Of a stretch of DNA of 16,141 nt, positions 1 through 7,423 are shown piece after piece (position 1 is the stretch's first letter; the number at the start of each line of letters is the position of its first letter). The translations under genes and the position numbers were made by a program. Below the pieces are notes generated by a model that saw nothing but the letters and a program-made list of their open reading frames with translations, did not search any database and was not told where the DNA came from. Origin of the DNA: Archangium sp. (lineage in GTDB: Bacteria > Myxococcota > Myxococcia > Myxococcales > Myxococcaceae); assembly GCA_031367385.1 (NCBI GenBank), contig JANLPS010000366.1, forward strand, positions 1 through 16,141. The letters run 5' to 3'.

Positions 1-2
1 AC

Positions 3-407
3 CTGGGCGGAGCGACGCGGCAGGTGCACAACGACGTCGCGCACAGCTACCGGCCCGATGACGAGCTCTCGGCCCGGTACCTCGCGCGGGTGCAGCGGTG
101 GTACGCGGCGCGAATCTCGGAGCTCTGCGACCGACTCAAGGCCGTGCCTGAAGGCGGCAAGACGATGTACGACAATACGATTATTCTCTGGGTCAACGAG
201 CTCGGCGACCCCGCGCAGCACCTGTCAAATGACATGCCCTTCATCGTGCTCGGCGGTGGCGGCAGCTTTCGGCGCAATCGGTACTTGAGTTACGCCGGTA
301 CGCAGCCCCACAACGCTTTGCTCGTCTCAATCGCGAATCAATTCGGCGCGGGGCTTGTCTCGTTCGGTGAGAAAGACCTGACGGGCGAACTGGCGGGCCT
401 GACGTGA
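3..407 (+). CDS. DUF1552 (HXXSHH-type) family protein, C-terminal part (5' truncated by window)
   Basis: Frame is open from the window edge (LGGATRQV-HNDVAH...). It has an HxxxxH motif followed by 'L..RLKAVPEGGKTMYDNTIILWVNELGD..QH...DMPFIVLGGGG' and 'PHNALLVSIAN.FG..SFG', which resemble the DUF1552 C-terminus. The stop overlaps the next start (GTGA 404-407). Confidence 0.8.
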   Translation: MGGATRQVHNDVAHSYRPDDELSARYLARVQRWYAARISELCDRLKAVPEGGKTMYDNTIILWVNELGDPAQHLSNDMPFIVLGGGGSFRRNRYLSYAGTQPHNALLVSIANQFGAGLVSFGEKDLTGELAGLT

Positions 408-1771
408 GGCGCCCCCTCGTTCTCGCGCTGCTGTGCGTGCGCTGTGTCGGGGTGAGCGAAGAGGCCGTGCCGACCGCAGCCGATGCCCAAACGGCGGTGG
501 TTGATTCGGGTCTCGGGCCGCTCGACGCTGCAGTTTCGTCAATGCCCGATGCCTCGACGGTCGTGCGCGACGCGGGTGCCCATGACGCGGGCATCGTTCA
601 GCCGCCCGATGCCGGCGCCATCGAGGTCGTCGCTCGAGCCGATCTCGAAGTGCACTTTCCTCCGCCGGCGAGCGCGACCAGTGAAGCGCAGGTGCTCGTT
701 CACGGCTCGACCCGAAGCGGGCTGACCGTGACGAGGGTTCAGGTTCATGGGCTGACGGCGAGCTCGAGCGATCAATTTCGAACCTGGCAAGTCACGGTAC
801 CGCTGACGGTCGGCGCCAACTCGTTGGTGGTTGATTTCACCGAGTCGGGCGTTCAGCACGCTGCCGCGGCGACGATTTCAATCGAGCGGTTCGCCGATGA
901 GTCGTCGCTTGCGCGCGGGTCGGGCACCTGGGCTGGCCGCATTCTCGGCCTCGCGTGGGACGCGTTGGGCAGCCGGGTGATTCTAGCCGACGACGTCGAA
1001 GACGGGGTGTGGGGCGTCAGCGTTGCGTCGGGCAATCGCACGATCCTCTCTGACAGCGAGGGCGACCTGGTCGGTGCGGGGTACGCCATCGTTCAGCCGC
1101 GTTCGGGCGTGGTCATCGGCACGACGAGCTACATCGTCGACGACACCTTGATCGTCGGCATCGATTTGGTGAGCGGCGACCGAGCCATTGTCGCCACCGC
1201 GCCAGGGGCGCTCAACGATCTCTCGCTTTCGCCGAACGGTGTCGAATTGATCGCCGCGTCACTCGACCTCAAGGCCGTGCTGGCCATCGCCCCAACCACC
1301 GGCCAATCACGGGTGATTTCCTCGGCTGCTGTCGGCTCGGGCCCCGGCCCTGGCAACGTGGGCCCGCTCGGCGTTTCGGCATCGCGGCACAGCGCCTACG
1401 TGGGGTTGCGCTATCAAGACACGCTGCTCGCCATCGACCTCGAGACCGGCAATCGCCGCGTTTTCTCAGAGGCGATCGGCGGTGAGCCCAAACTGAGCGA
1501 CCCAGAGTTCGTCGTGGTTGTCGAAGCCACCGGCACCGCCTTCGTGTGGGACACCGCACGGTTGGTGAGCGTCGACCTGGCGACCGGTCGGCGCGCCGTG
1601 GTGGCCGCTGCTTCGATGGCCTGGGCCAAGGGTATTCACGCGATGACGTCGACGCCCTACGGGGTCGCGCTGATCGACTACGTGCCCTCGTGGGAGCCAC
1701 CGCCTCATCGAGCGCCGACCTTGCTGATCGTCGACCCGATGTCAGGTGGCCGGGTGGTGCTCAGCCGGTGA
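404..1771 (+). CDS. Exported protein: signal peptide, DAG-rich linker, Ig-like domain, beta-propeller
   Basis: 455-aa ORF with a GTGA overlap. The N-terminus MRRPLVLALLCVRC is basic then hydrophobic, with Cys. The segment 'TWQVTVPLTVGANSLVV' looks Ig-like. There are six repeats of the form (V/I)D(L/P)x(S/T)GxRx(I/V). Confidence 0.75.
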   Translation: MRRPLVLALLCVRCVGVSEEAVPTAADAQTAVVDSGLGPLDAAVSSMPDASTVVRDAGAHDAGIVQPPDAGAIEVVARADLEVHFPPPASATSEAQVLVHGSTRSGLTVTRVQVHGLTASSSDQFRTWQVTVPLTVGANSLVVDFTESGVQHAAAATISIERFADESSLARGSGTWAGRILGLAWDALGSRVILADDVEDGVWGVSVASGNRTILSDSEGDLVGAGYAIVQPRSGVVIGTTSYIVDDTLIVGIDLVSGDRAIVATAPGALNDLSLSPNGVELIAASLDLKAVLAIAPTTGQSRVISSAAVGSGPGPGNVGPLGVSASRHSAYVGLRYQDTLLAIDLETGNRRVFSEAIGGEPKLSDPEFVVVVEATGTAFVWDTARLVSVDLATGRRAVVAAASMAWAKGIHAMTSTPYGVALIDYVPSWEPPPHRAPTLLIVDPMSGGRVVLSR

Positions 1772-1772
1772 G

Positions 1773-3077
1773 CTACCCGCGCGGCCGGGGAATTCGAAAG
1801 GTCACCAGCTTGGTCGCCAAGGTGCTTCGCGCCCACCCGAGCATCTTCGCCGCGCGCGTTTGGTTGCCGGCACAGGCCTCGAGCGCGTTGATGATTCGAG
1901 TGCGCTCGGCGAGCTCTTCGCTCGACAAGGTGAACGTCGTGGCCGAAGAGACGACCGCGGGCACCGGCGCCACCGCGGCGGTGAATGAAAACCCGTCGAT
2001 GGTTGGCCCCGACGTCAACACCGCGCGCTCGATGACGTTTCGCAGCTCGCGCACATTGCCGGGCCACGCATGCGCCTGAAGCGCCATTTTCGCCGACTCG
2101 CTCAACACCGGCGCCGGCCGATTCAGCCCCTTCGCCACTGCCCTCAGAAACCGCTGCGCGAGCTCGATGATGTCATCGGGTCGGTCACGCAACGCTGGCA
2201 CCTCGATCACGGCGCCGGCCAGCCGGTAGTACAGGTCGCGCCGAAAATCAGCGCTGGGCTCATCGAGTCGGCGATGGGTCGCCGCCACGAAACGCACATC
2301 GACCTGAATCGGCTCGGTGCTGCCGACCCGCGTCACCTGCCGCGTCTCGAGCACGTGCAGCAACTTCGCCTGCAGCGTCGGCGAGAGCTCGCCGATCTCA
2401 TCGAGAAACAACGTGCCTTGGTTCGCTGCTTCAATCAGGCCTGCGCGGGCACTCACGGCGCCGGTGAAGGCTCCGCGGGTATGGCCGAACAGCTCGCTCT
2501 CGAGCAGCGACTCGGTCACCGCCGCGCAGTTCAATCGCACGAAGGGCGCCTGCGCTCTGGGAGAGGCTCGGTGAATGCTCTGCGCCAGCACGTCTTTCCC
2601 GACTCCGGTCTCGCCGAAAATCAGCACCGAAATCGAGCCGCGCGCGACCTGGGCCGCCAGCGCGTAGGTCTGCTGGAGCGCCTGGCTGTGAACGACCGGC
2701 AACTCACCACCCGCGGCCTGAACGTCGGCGAATGGCTGGAGAAACAACCGAAACGGCCCGATCTCGAGCGCGTCGCGAGGGGTCAGTGCGTACCGCGTCG
2801 TGTGGGTGAGCTTTTGCCCGTTGAGCAGGGTGCCATTGCGGCTGCCCACGTCTTCGACATGCACCTCGTTGCCGATGAAGAGCGTTAAGTGCTGGCGCGA
2901 AACACTGGTATGATCGAGGCGAATCGTGCACTGCTCGGAGCGACCCAAAGTGACGGTGCCCCGCTCGAGGACCAACCGGTAATGCACGTCGGGCCCAATC
3001 ACCCACAGCTCGAAGCGCGTGGTGGCCGCTCCGCCTTCGGCTCGCTCGACGCTGGTCTGGGTTTCGTCGAGCGGCAT
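1773..3077 (-). CDS. FHA-domain sigma54-dependent enhancer-binding protein (FHA, AAA+, Fis-type HTH)
   Basis: FHA motifs LGRS, SVSRQH and SRNGT; Walker A GETGVGK; GAFTGA loop; Walker B LFLDE; FRRDLYYRL; WPGNVRELRN; HTH GNQTRAAKMLGWARSTL. AAGGAG lies just upstream of the ATG. Confidence 0.96.
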   Translation of the reverse strand: MPLDETQTSVERAEGGAATTRFELWVIGPDVHYRLVLERGTVTLGRSEQCTIRLDHTSVSRQHLTLFIGNEVHVEDVGSRNGTLLNGQKLTHTTRYALTPRDALEIGPFRLFLQPFADVQAAGGELPVVHSQALQQTYALAAQVARGSISVLIFGETGVGKDVLAQSIHRASPRAQAPFVRLNCAAVTESLLESELFGHTRGAFTGAVSARAGLIEAANQGTLFLDEIGELSPTLQAKLLHVLETRQVTRVGSTEPIQVDVRFVAATHRRLDEPSADFRRDLYYRLAGAVIEVPALRDRPDDIIELAQRFLRAVAKGLNRPAPVLSESAKMALQAHAWPGNVRELRNVIERAVLTSGPTIDGFSFTAAVAPVPAVVSSATTFTLSSEELAERTRIINALEACAGNQTRAAKMLGWARSTLATKLVTFRIPRPRG

Positions 3078-3092
3078 CGGGCTCCTTTTATC

Positions 3093-4151
3093 ATGTGGCT
3101 CGCCGGCCTCTGCTTTCTGATGTTGGCCGCGTGCGCGCGAGACACCGGCGTGTTCGCTGAAGTGCGTGGCCCCAAGGGCGTCTCAGCCTTCACCTTGTCG
3201 GTCGCCGGCCCACATGGGCTGCTCGCGTCGCAGTCATTCAAGGGCGCTCCGCCGGGGAGCGTCTTCGTTCGCTTGGCCGCGGCGTCGACCGATGTTCGGC
3301 TCGTCGCGCGCTCGGCAGAGCCCGCATTGGTCGCCTCCGGCGTGGCGCACATCACCGCAGGTGACCAAACCTCGGTCACGATGACGCTGGCGGCAGACGC
3401 GCTCGACAGCGATGCCGACGGCTGGCCCGATGCAGTCGACCACTGCCCCCTGGCCGCTGATGCCACCCAAGAAGACACCGACGGCGACGGGGTGGGCGAT
3501 GCCTGTTCGGCGCCCTCGCTCGACGCCGGCACGCGCGTACCGTGCTCACAGCGCGCTGGGCTGCTCGGCTGCGTCGATTTCGAAGATGGTGGGTTCGAGC
3601 TCGGCAATTTCGGAGACGCCGTCGCGACGGTTGAAGTTGGCAACGCCGCGGGAGGCAAACGGTCGTTGCGTGTCGACCGCCCGAGTGGAAGCGACACCTA
3701 CTCGGGCCAGTACATGAACATTGCGCACAGCAACACGCCGATCTTCGTTCGCTTTTTCTTGAAGCTCGATCCCGGTCACCCTCCAAGGCCGGGCATCGTC
3801 GAGGCGCAGCAAACGATCAACAACGATGGGGTGGTGATGATTTTCGAAACCGACGCGACCACGTTGAAAGACGTTTCGCTGTTCAATCGCAAGACGATGC
3901 AAACCATCAAGATCACCTCGGGTCTGAACCTCGGCGGGTGGAACTGCTACGAGCTCGAGATTCGGCCAGGCCCCACGGCGACGGCGACGGTCAACCTCTG
4001 GGTCGATGAGGCGCTCCTGCCCGGCTCGGGGTCGGGCGGGGCCTTCAACGTCGATCGCGTCGTGGTGGGAGCCACCTACGATGTAAATGAAGGCGGCCCG
4101 GTGCTGCTCGACGAAGTGGCCTGGTCAGACACGCGAATTCATTGCCAGTGA
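3093..4151 (+). CDS. Lipoprotein with thrombospondin type-3 (Ca-binding) repeat and C-terminal beta-sandwich (ConA/LamG-like) domain
   Basis: Start moved to ATG 3093 (MWLAGLCFLMLAAC, lipobox LAAC) because the ORF-track start overlaps the divergent gene. TSP3 motif at 3405-3506. The C-terminal region runs from CVDFEDG through GWNCYELEI, VNLWVD and LLDEVAWS. Confidence 0.78.
   Translation: MWLAGLCFLMLAACARDTGVFAEVRGPKGVSAFTLSVAGPHGLLASQSFKGAPPGSVFVRLAAASTDVRLVARSAEPALVASGVAHITAGDQTSVTMTLAADALDSDADGWPDAVDHCPLAADATQEDTDGDGVGDACSAPSLDAGTRVPCSQRAGLLGCVDFEDGGFELGNFGDAVATVEVGNAAGGKRSLRVDRPSGSDTYSGQYMNIAHSNTPIFVRFFLKLDPGHPPRPGIVEAQQTINNDGVVMIFETDATTLKDVSLFNRKTMQTIKITSGLNLGGWNCYELEIRPGPTATATVNLWVDEALLPGSGSGGAFNVDRVVVGATYDVNEGGPVLLDEVAWSDTRIHCQ
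3405..3506 (+). repeat. Thrombospondin type-3 repeat (DxDxDG...D.CP......Q.DxDxDG.GDAC)
   Basis: Translates to DSDADGWPDAVDHCPLAADATQEDTDGDGVGDAC. Confidence 0.85.
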
Positions 4152-4681
4152 TGCCCTCCATGACGCGTCACGATGCGGCGAGCGCCGAGGTGTTGGTCTT
4201 CACCTTCAAAGAAGGCCTGCTGTCAGCGGTTGCGCATGACTTGAAGCTGAAGGTCACCCGGTTTTCGATCGAGCTCGACGCGGCATCGGCACGGGGCGAG
4301 TTCGACAGCAGCTCGCTCAAGGTCGTCACGGCGATGGCGAATGGCGTTGACGCCCCACGGGCGCTGCCGGGGTTCGCGCGGGGCGAGATTGAGAAGAACG
4401 TTCTCAAAGACGTGCTCGAGGCGCGGAGGCACCCGGCGGTGAAGTTCGAGACGACGCGGGTGGGTGAGCGCGAGGTCGAAGGCGTGTTGACGCTGCATGG
4501 AGTGAGCAGACCCGTGCGCGGGGTGCTGAGCCATGAGGCCACGCGGTGGGTGGCTGAGTTCAAGCTTGATCAGCGGGTCTTTGGGATAACGCCGTACTCG
4601 GCGTTGCTGGGGACCCTGCGAATTCGGCCCGAGATCGTGGTGAGGGTGAGCGTGCCGAAAGGGGTCGCTACGGGCGTTTGA
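4151..4681 (+). CDS. YceI-like (lipid/polyisoprenoid-binding) protein
   Basis: TGATG overlap with the upstream stop (alternative starts 4148 and 4160). Motifs 'VLEARRHPAVKFET', 'GVLTLHGVSRPV', 'FKLDQRVFGITP' and 'IRPEIVVRV' match the YceI barrel. No signal peptide. Confidence 0.85.
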   Translation: MPSMTRHDAASAEVLVFTFKEGLLSAVAHDLKLKVTRFSIELDAASARGEFDSSSLKVVTAMANGVDAPRALPGFARGEIEKNVLKDVLEARRHPAVKFETTRVGEREVEGVLTLHGVSRPVRGVLSHEATRWVAEFKLDQRVFGITPYSALLGTLRIRPEIVVRVSVPKGVATGV

Positions 4682-5183
4682 CCGCCGAGCGAATCAGGGT
4701 GCGATCGTCTTCGTTGTTCTCTTCGGCGATTGATTGAAGGCGTTGGTTGGTCTTTCGCAACCGCCGCGAGAGCTCTCGACACAGGTTCTGCAACACCATC
4801 ACGTAGCCGGGCACGTCTTCTTGGTACAGCTGGTACAAGTCGCGGTTGCCCAGTGAGTAGATGACCGCCGGTTTCTCGACCACCACCGTTGCGCTGCGTT
4901 TCTGAATGTCGATCAGCGTCATCTCGCCGAAAAATTCACCCGGCCCCATGCGAATCATCTTCACCCGGTGCCCGTCTTCACCGTCGCGGCAGACCAGCAC
5001 CTCGCCGCTGCGCACCAAGAACATCGCGCGGCCCGCTTCGCCCTGCGTGCAGACCTCGGCGCCCGGCTCGAAGCGGTGCTCACCCAGCATGGCGATGATG
5101 CGGTTCAGGGTCGGGGGCTCGAGGCCTCCGAAAATCGCGATGCTTGGCAGCCAATCGAGCAAATCTTCGAGATTTTTCGACAT
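4668..5183 (-). CDS. Stand-alone cyclic nucleotide-binding domain protein (Crp-like N-domain plus C-helix, no HTH)
   Basis: Motifs 'IFGGL', 'QGEAGRAMFLVRSGEV', the phosphate-binding cassette 'GEFFGEMTL...RSATV', and C-helix 'LCRELSRRLR'. ATG 5183 has GAGGTGAGG upstream; the alternative GTG 5192 overlaps the vWA stop. Confidence 0.9.
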   Translation of the reverse strand: MSKNLEDLLDWLPSIAIFGGLEPPTLNRIIAMLGEHRFEPGAEVCTQGEAGRAMFLVRSGEVLVCRDGEDGHRVKMIRMGPGEFFGEMTLIDIQKRSATVVVEKPAVIYSLGNRDLYQLYQEDVPGYVMVLQNLCRELSRRLRKTNQRLQSIAEENNEDDRTLIRSAVKRP

Positions 5184-5188
5184 AAGCC

Positions 5189-6361
5189 TCACCTCGCTCG
5201 GGTCAACGTATTCACGGCGTCGCCAAGGCCTTCAAGGGTCAGCGGGTACATCGGGAACACCTTGCGAACCACGTCGATGGTGGTCTGCCACCAGCTCGAC
5301 GGCTGCTCGGGGTTGAGCCAGGCCGATGAGGCGAAGTGCTCGCGCAAGCGCATCAGCCAGACCACGCCCTCGAGGCCCTCGTCATCGGTCCACCCCGCGG
5401 TGCTCATCAGCTCCCACGGGGCCATCAAGGCATCACCGACGACGATCAACTTGTAGCGGCGATCGGTCTCGGTCATCAGCTGCGAGACCGGCATCGGGTC
5501 GCGAAAATTCGCGCTCGCATAGACCCGCCCGTAGACGCAGTTGTGAAAGTAGTAGGTGCGCAGCTCTTTGAAATGCGTTGCCTTCTTCGCCGCGGTGAAC
5601 AGCCGCGAGACCAGCTGTGCGTACGGGTCCATCGAGCCGCCGACGTCCATCATCAAGATGACGCGCGTGTTCGACTTTCTCGGAGCCCTCAGCGCGACCT
5701 CGAGCTCGCCGAGGTTCTTCGCGGTGCGATCGATGGTGGTGTCCAAATCGAGCTCGTCTTGACGGCCATCGCGGGCAAAGGCCCTCAGCTTTCGCAGCGC
5801 CAGCCCCAGCTGCCGGGTGTCGAGCACCACATCGTCGCGGTACTCCCGGTACGCGCGCTCTGAAGCGACCTTCACCGCGCTGCGCCGCCCGCCTTCACCA
5901 CCCACCCGAATGCCGTCGCGATCGACCCTGCCTGAGTTGCCGAACGGGGAGCTGCCCGCGGTACCGACCCACTTCTGACCGCCATCGTGACGCTCTTTCT
6001 GCTCGTAGAGCCGTTGCTCGAACAACTGCTGGAGCGCGTTTTCATCGAGCGACTCGAGCAACGCCTTCTCTTCGGGGCTCAGGTCAGGCAGCCGTTTCTT
6101 CGCGTCTCGCAGCCAATCGAGCAGCTGTTGCTGCAGCTCGGTGCCCGCCGAGTCGATGCCCTGAAAATGCTTGGCGAACGCCTGGTCGAACGCGTCGAGG
6201 TGCTTCTCGTCGTGCACCAGCAGCGACCGGGCCACGAAATAGAAGCCATCGAGCGAGCTCTCATGCAGCCCGTGCTCCAACGCTTGGGCCAGCGCGACCG
6301 CCTCGGTCGTCCCGACGGGTACCTTGCGCGAGCGAAGCTCAAACAGAAAGGGCACGAACAT
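5189..6361 (-). CDS. vWA (CoxE-like, PA2705/COG3825-type) domain protein, MoxR partner
   Basis: Motifs 'MFVPFLFELR..KVPV', 'FY..AR..LV.DE...D.FD.AF', 'ERHDGGQKWVGTAG.SPFG', MIDAS-like 'MDVGGSM', 'YYFHNCVY', 'VGDA.M.PWE' and 'WLNPE'. Confidence 0.92.
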   Translation of the reverse strand: MFVPFLFELRSRKVPVGTTEAVALAQALEHGLHESSLDGFYFVARSLLVHDEKHLDAFDQAFAKHFQGIDSAGTELQQQLLDWLRDAKKRLPDLSPEEKALLESLDENALQQLFEQRLYEQKERHDGGQKWVGTAGSSPFGNSGRVDRDGIRVGGEGGRRSAVKVASERAYREYRDDVVLDTRQLGLALRKLRAFARDGRQDELDLDTTIDRTAKNLGELEVALRAPRKSNTRVILMMDVGGSMDPYAQLVSRLFTAAKKATHFKELRTYYFHNCVYGRVYASANFRDPMPVSQLMTETDRRYKLIVVGDALMAPWELMSTAGWTDDEGLEGVVWLMRLREHFASSAWLNPEQPSSWWQTTIDVVRKVFPMYPLTLEGLGDAVNTLTRAR

Positions 6362-6393
6362 TCGTCGGTGAGTGTGCTCCCGTTTTCAGGTGA

Positions 6394-6422
6394 TTGAAAT
6401 AGCTCGGGTTTCGCCCAAAGCT
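6394..6422 (+). promoter_or_regulatory. Possible sigma70-type promoter for the 6449-9310 cassette
   Basis: TTGAAA (6394-6399), a 17-nt spacer, then AAAGCT (6417-6422), in an AT-richer intergenic gap. The -10 match is weak. Confidence 0.25.
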
Positions 6423-6448
6423 TTTCAGCTGCCCGGGGGGAAGGTCGC

Positions 6449-7423
6449 ATGCGCCTCGCGGAAAGAGCCCCCATGGCTGCACCGCGCTGGCTCTTGGTGG
6501 TTGGTGTGTCGATGTGCGCAACCGCCCTGGGAGCCGACCCGACGCCCGCAGAGCAGGCCGAAGCGCGCTGCACGCGCCGGTTGGTGCAGACCCTGACCGG
6601 GCTCGAGCTGAATCAAGTCTCGATTGGCACTCCGGTGATGCACCCGATTCAGCAACACCTCGCGCCGTACCTGGCGCACCCGCAGTTTCGCAGGCGCCTG
6701 GCGGCCTTCATCAACACCAAGCTCAGCCCCGGCCCCAGCGTGACCAACTTCGGAGGCGAAGACTCGCTGTACGCGATGGCCACCTACGTGCTCGACCGCG
6801 ACCTGCCGTGGCGCGAGGTCTTCATCGGCAGGTACGCGATTTCGAACCCCGACAGTGCGGCCGCGCAGGTCACGCCTGACCCGAAGGGCCTCGGCATCTT
6901 TCGCGCTCCGGGCTGGGTCACGCGGTACGCCGGTAACGCGCCTGACAGCTACCGGCTCATCGGGGCCGACCGAATGCTGCAGAACCTGACCGGGCTGGTG
7001 TTGGTGCCCTCGGCGAACAACAACCAGGGAGACACGACCTCGAAGGGCCGCGAGCGCGCCGACTGCCGCGGGTGCCATTTCGACAGCCCCTGGGGGTTGG
7101 ACAAGGTGGCCCGGGTCATCGGCAAGAAGGTGAGCTTTTTGCGCCCCGACAACCAGAAGGAGTGGCACGCCGGCCCCCCCGAAGAGCCCCAACTGATCTT
7201 CGGCACACTCGTACACGATGACGAAGAATTGGTACGGCTGATCGTCGGCAGCAACGATTTCAAGTTCTGGACCTGCCGGCTCGCGTTCGAATTCGTGACG
7301 GGCCGTCAAGAGAATACCTGCGAGGGCGAGGTCTTCGATCGCTGCATGGACGCGTTCGAGAAAGACGGCTCGCTGATCTCGGCCGTGGGGGCGATCGCTG
7401 GTTCTCCCGAGGTGTGCCAATGA
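6449..7423 (+). CDS. Exported CxxCH protein resembling the DUF1588/DUF1585 (planctomycete/myxobacterial cytochrome-like) family
   Basis: Sec-type signal (RWLLVVGVSMCATALG-A; alternative ATG 6473). Single CRGCH at 7064-7078. The C-terminus 'F..WTCRLAFEFVTGR...AIAGSPE' is DUF1585-like. Confidence 0.7.
   Translation: MRLAERAPMAAPRWLLVVGVSMCATALGADPTPAEQAEARCTRRLVQTLTGLELNQVSIGTPVMHPIQQHLAPYLAHPQFRRRLAAFINTKLSPGPSVTNFGGEDSLYAMATYVLDRDLPWREVFIGRYAISNPDSAAAQVTPDPKGLGIFRAPGWVTRYAGNAPDSYRLIGADRMLQNLTGLVLVPSANNNQGDTTSKGRERADCRGCHFDSPWGLDKVARVIGKKVSFLRPDNQKEWHAGPPEEPQLIFGTLVHDDEELVRLIVGSNDFKFWTCRLAFEFVTGRQENTCEGEVFDRCMDAFEKDGSLISAVGAIAGSPEVCQ

Noticed and set aside
2070..2888. 272-aa + strand ORF
   Set aside because: Antisense shadow of the conserved sigma54 activator domain.
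2889..3092. N-terminal extension of the lipoprotein ORF
   Set aside because: Overlaps the divergent FHA-EBP gene. The lipobox position supports ATG 3093.
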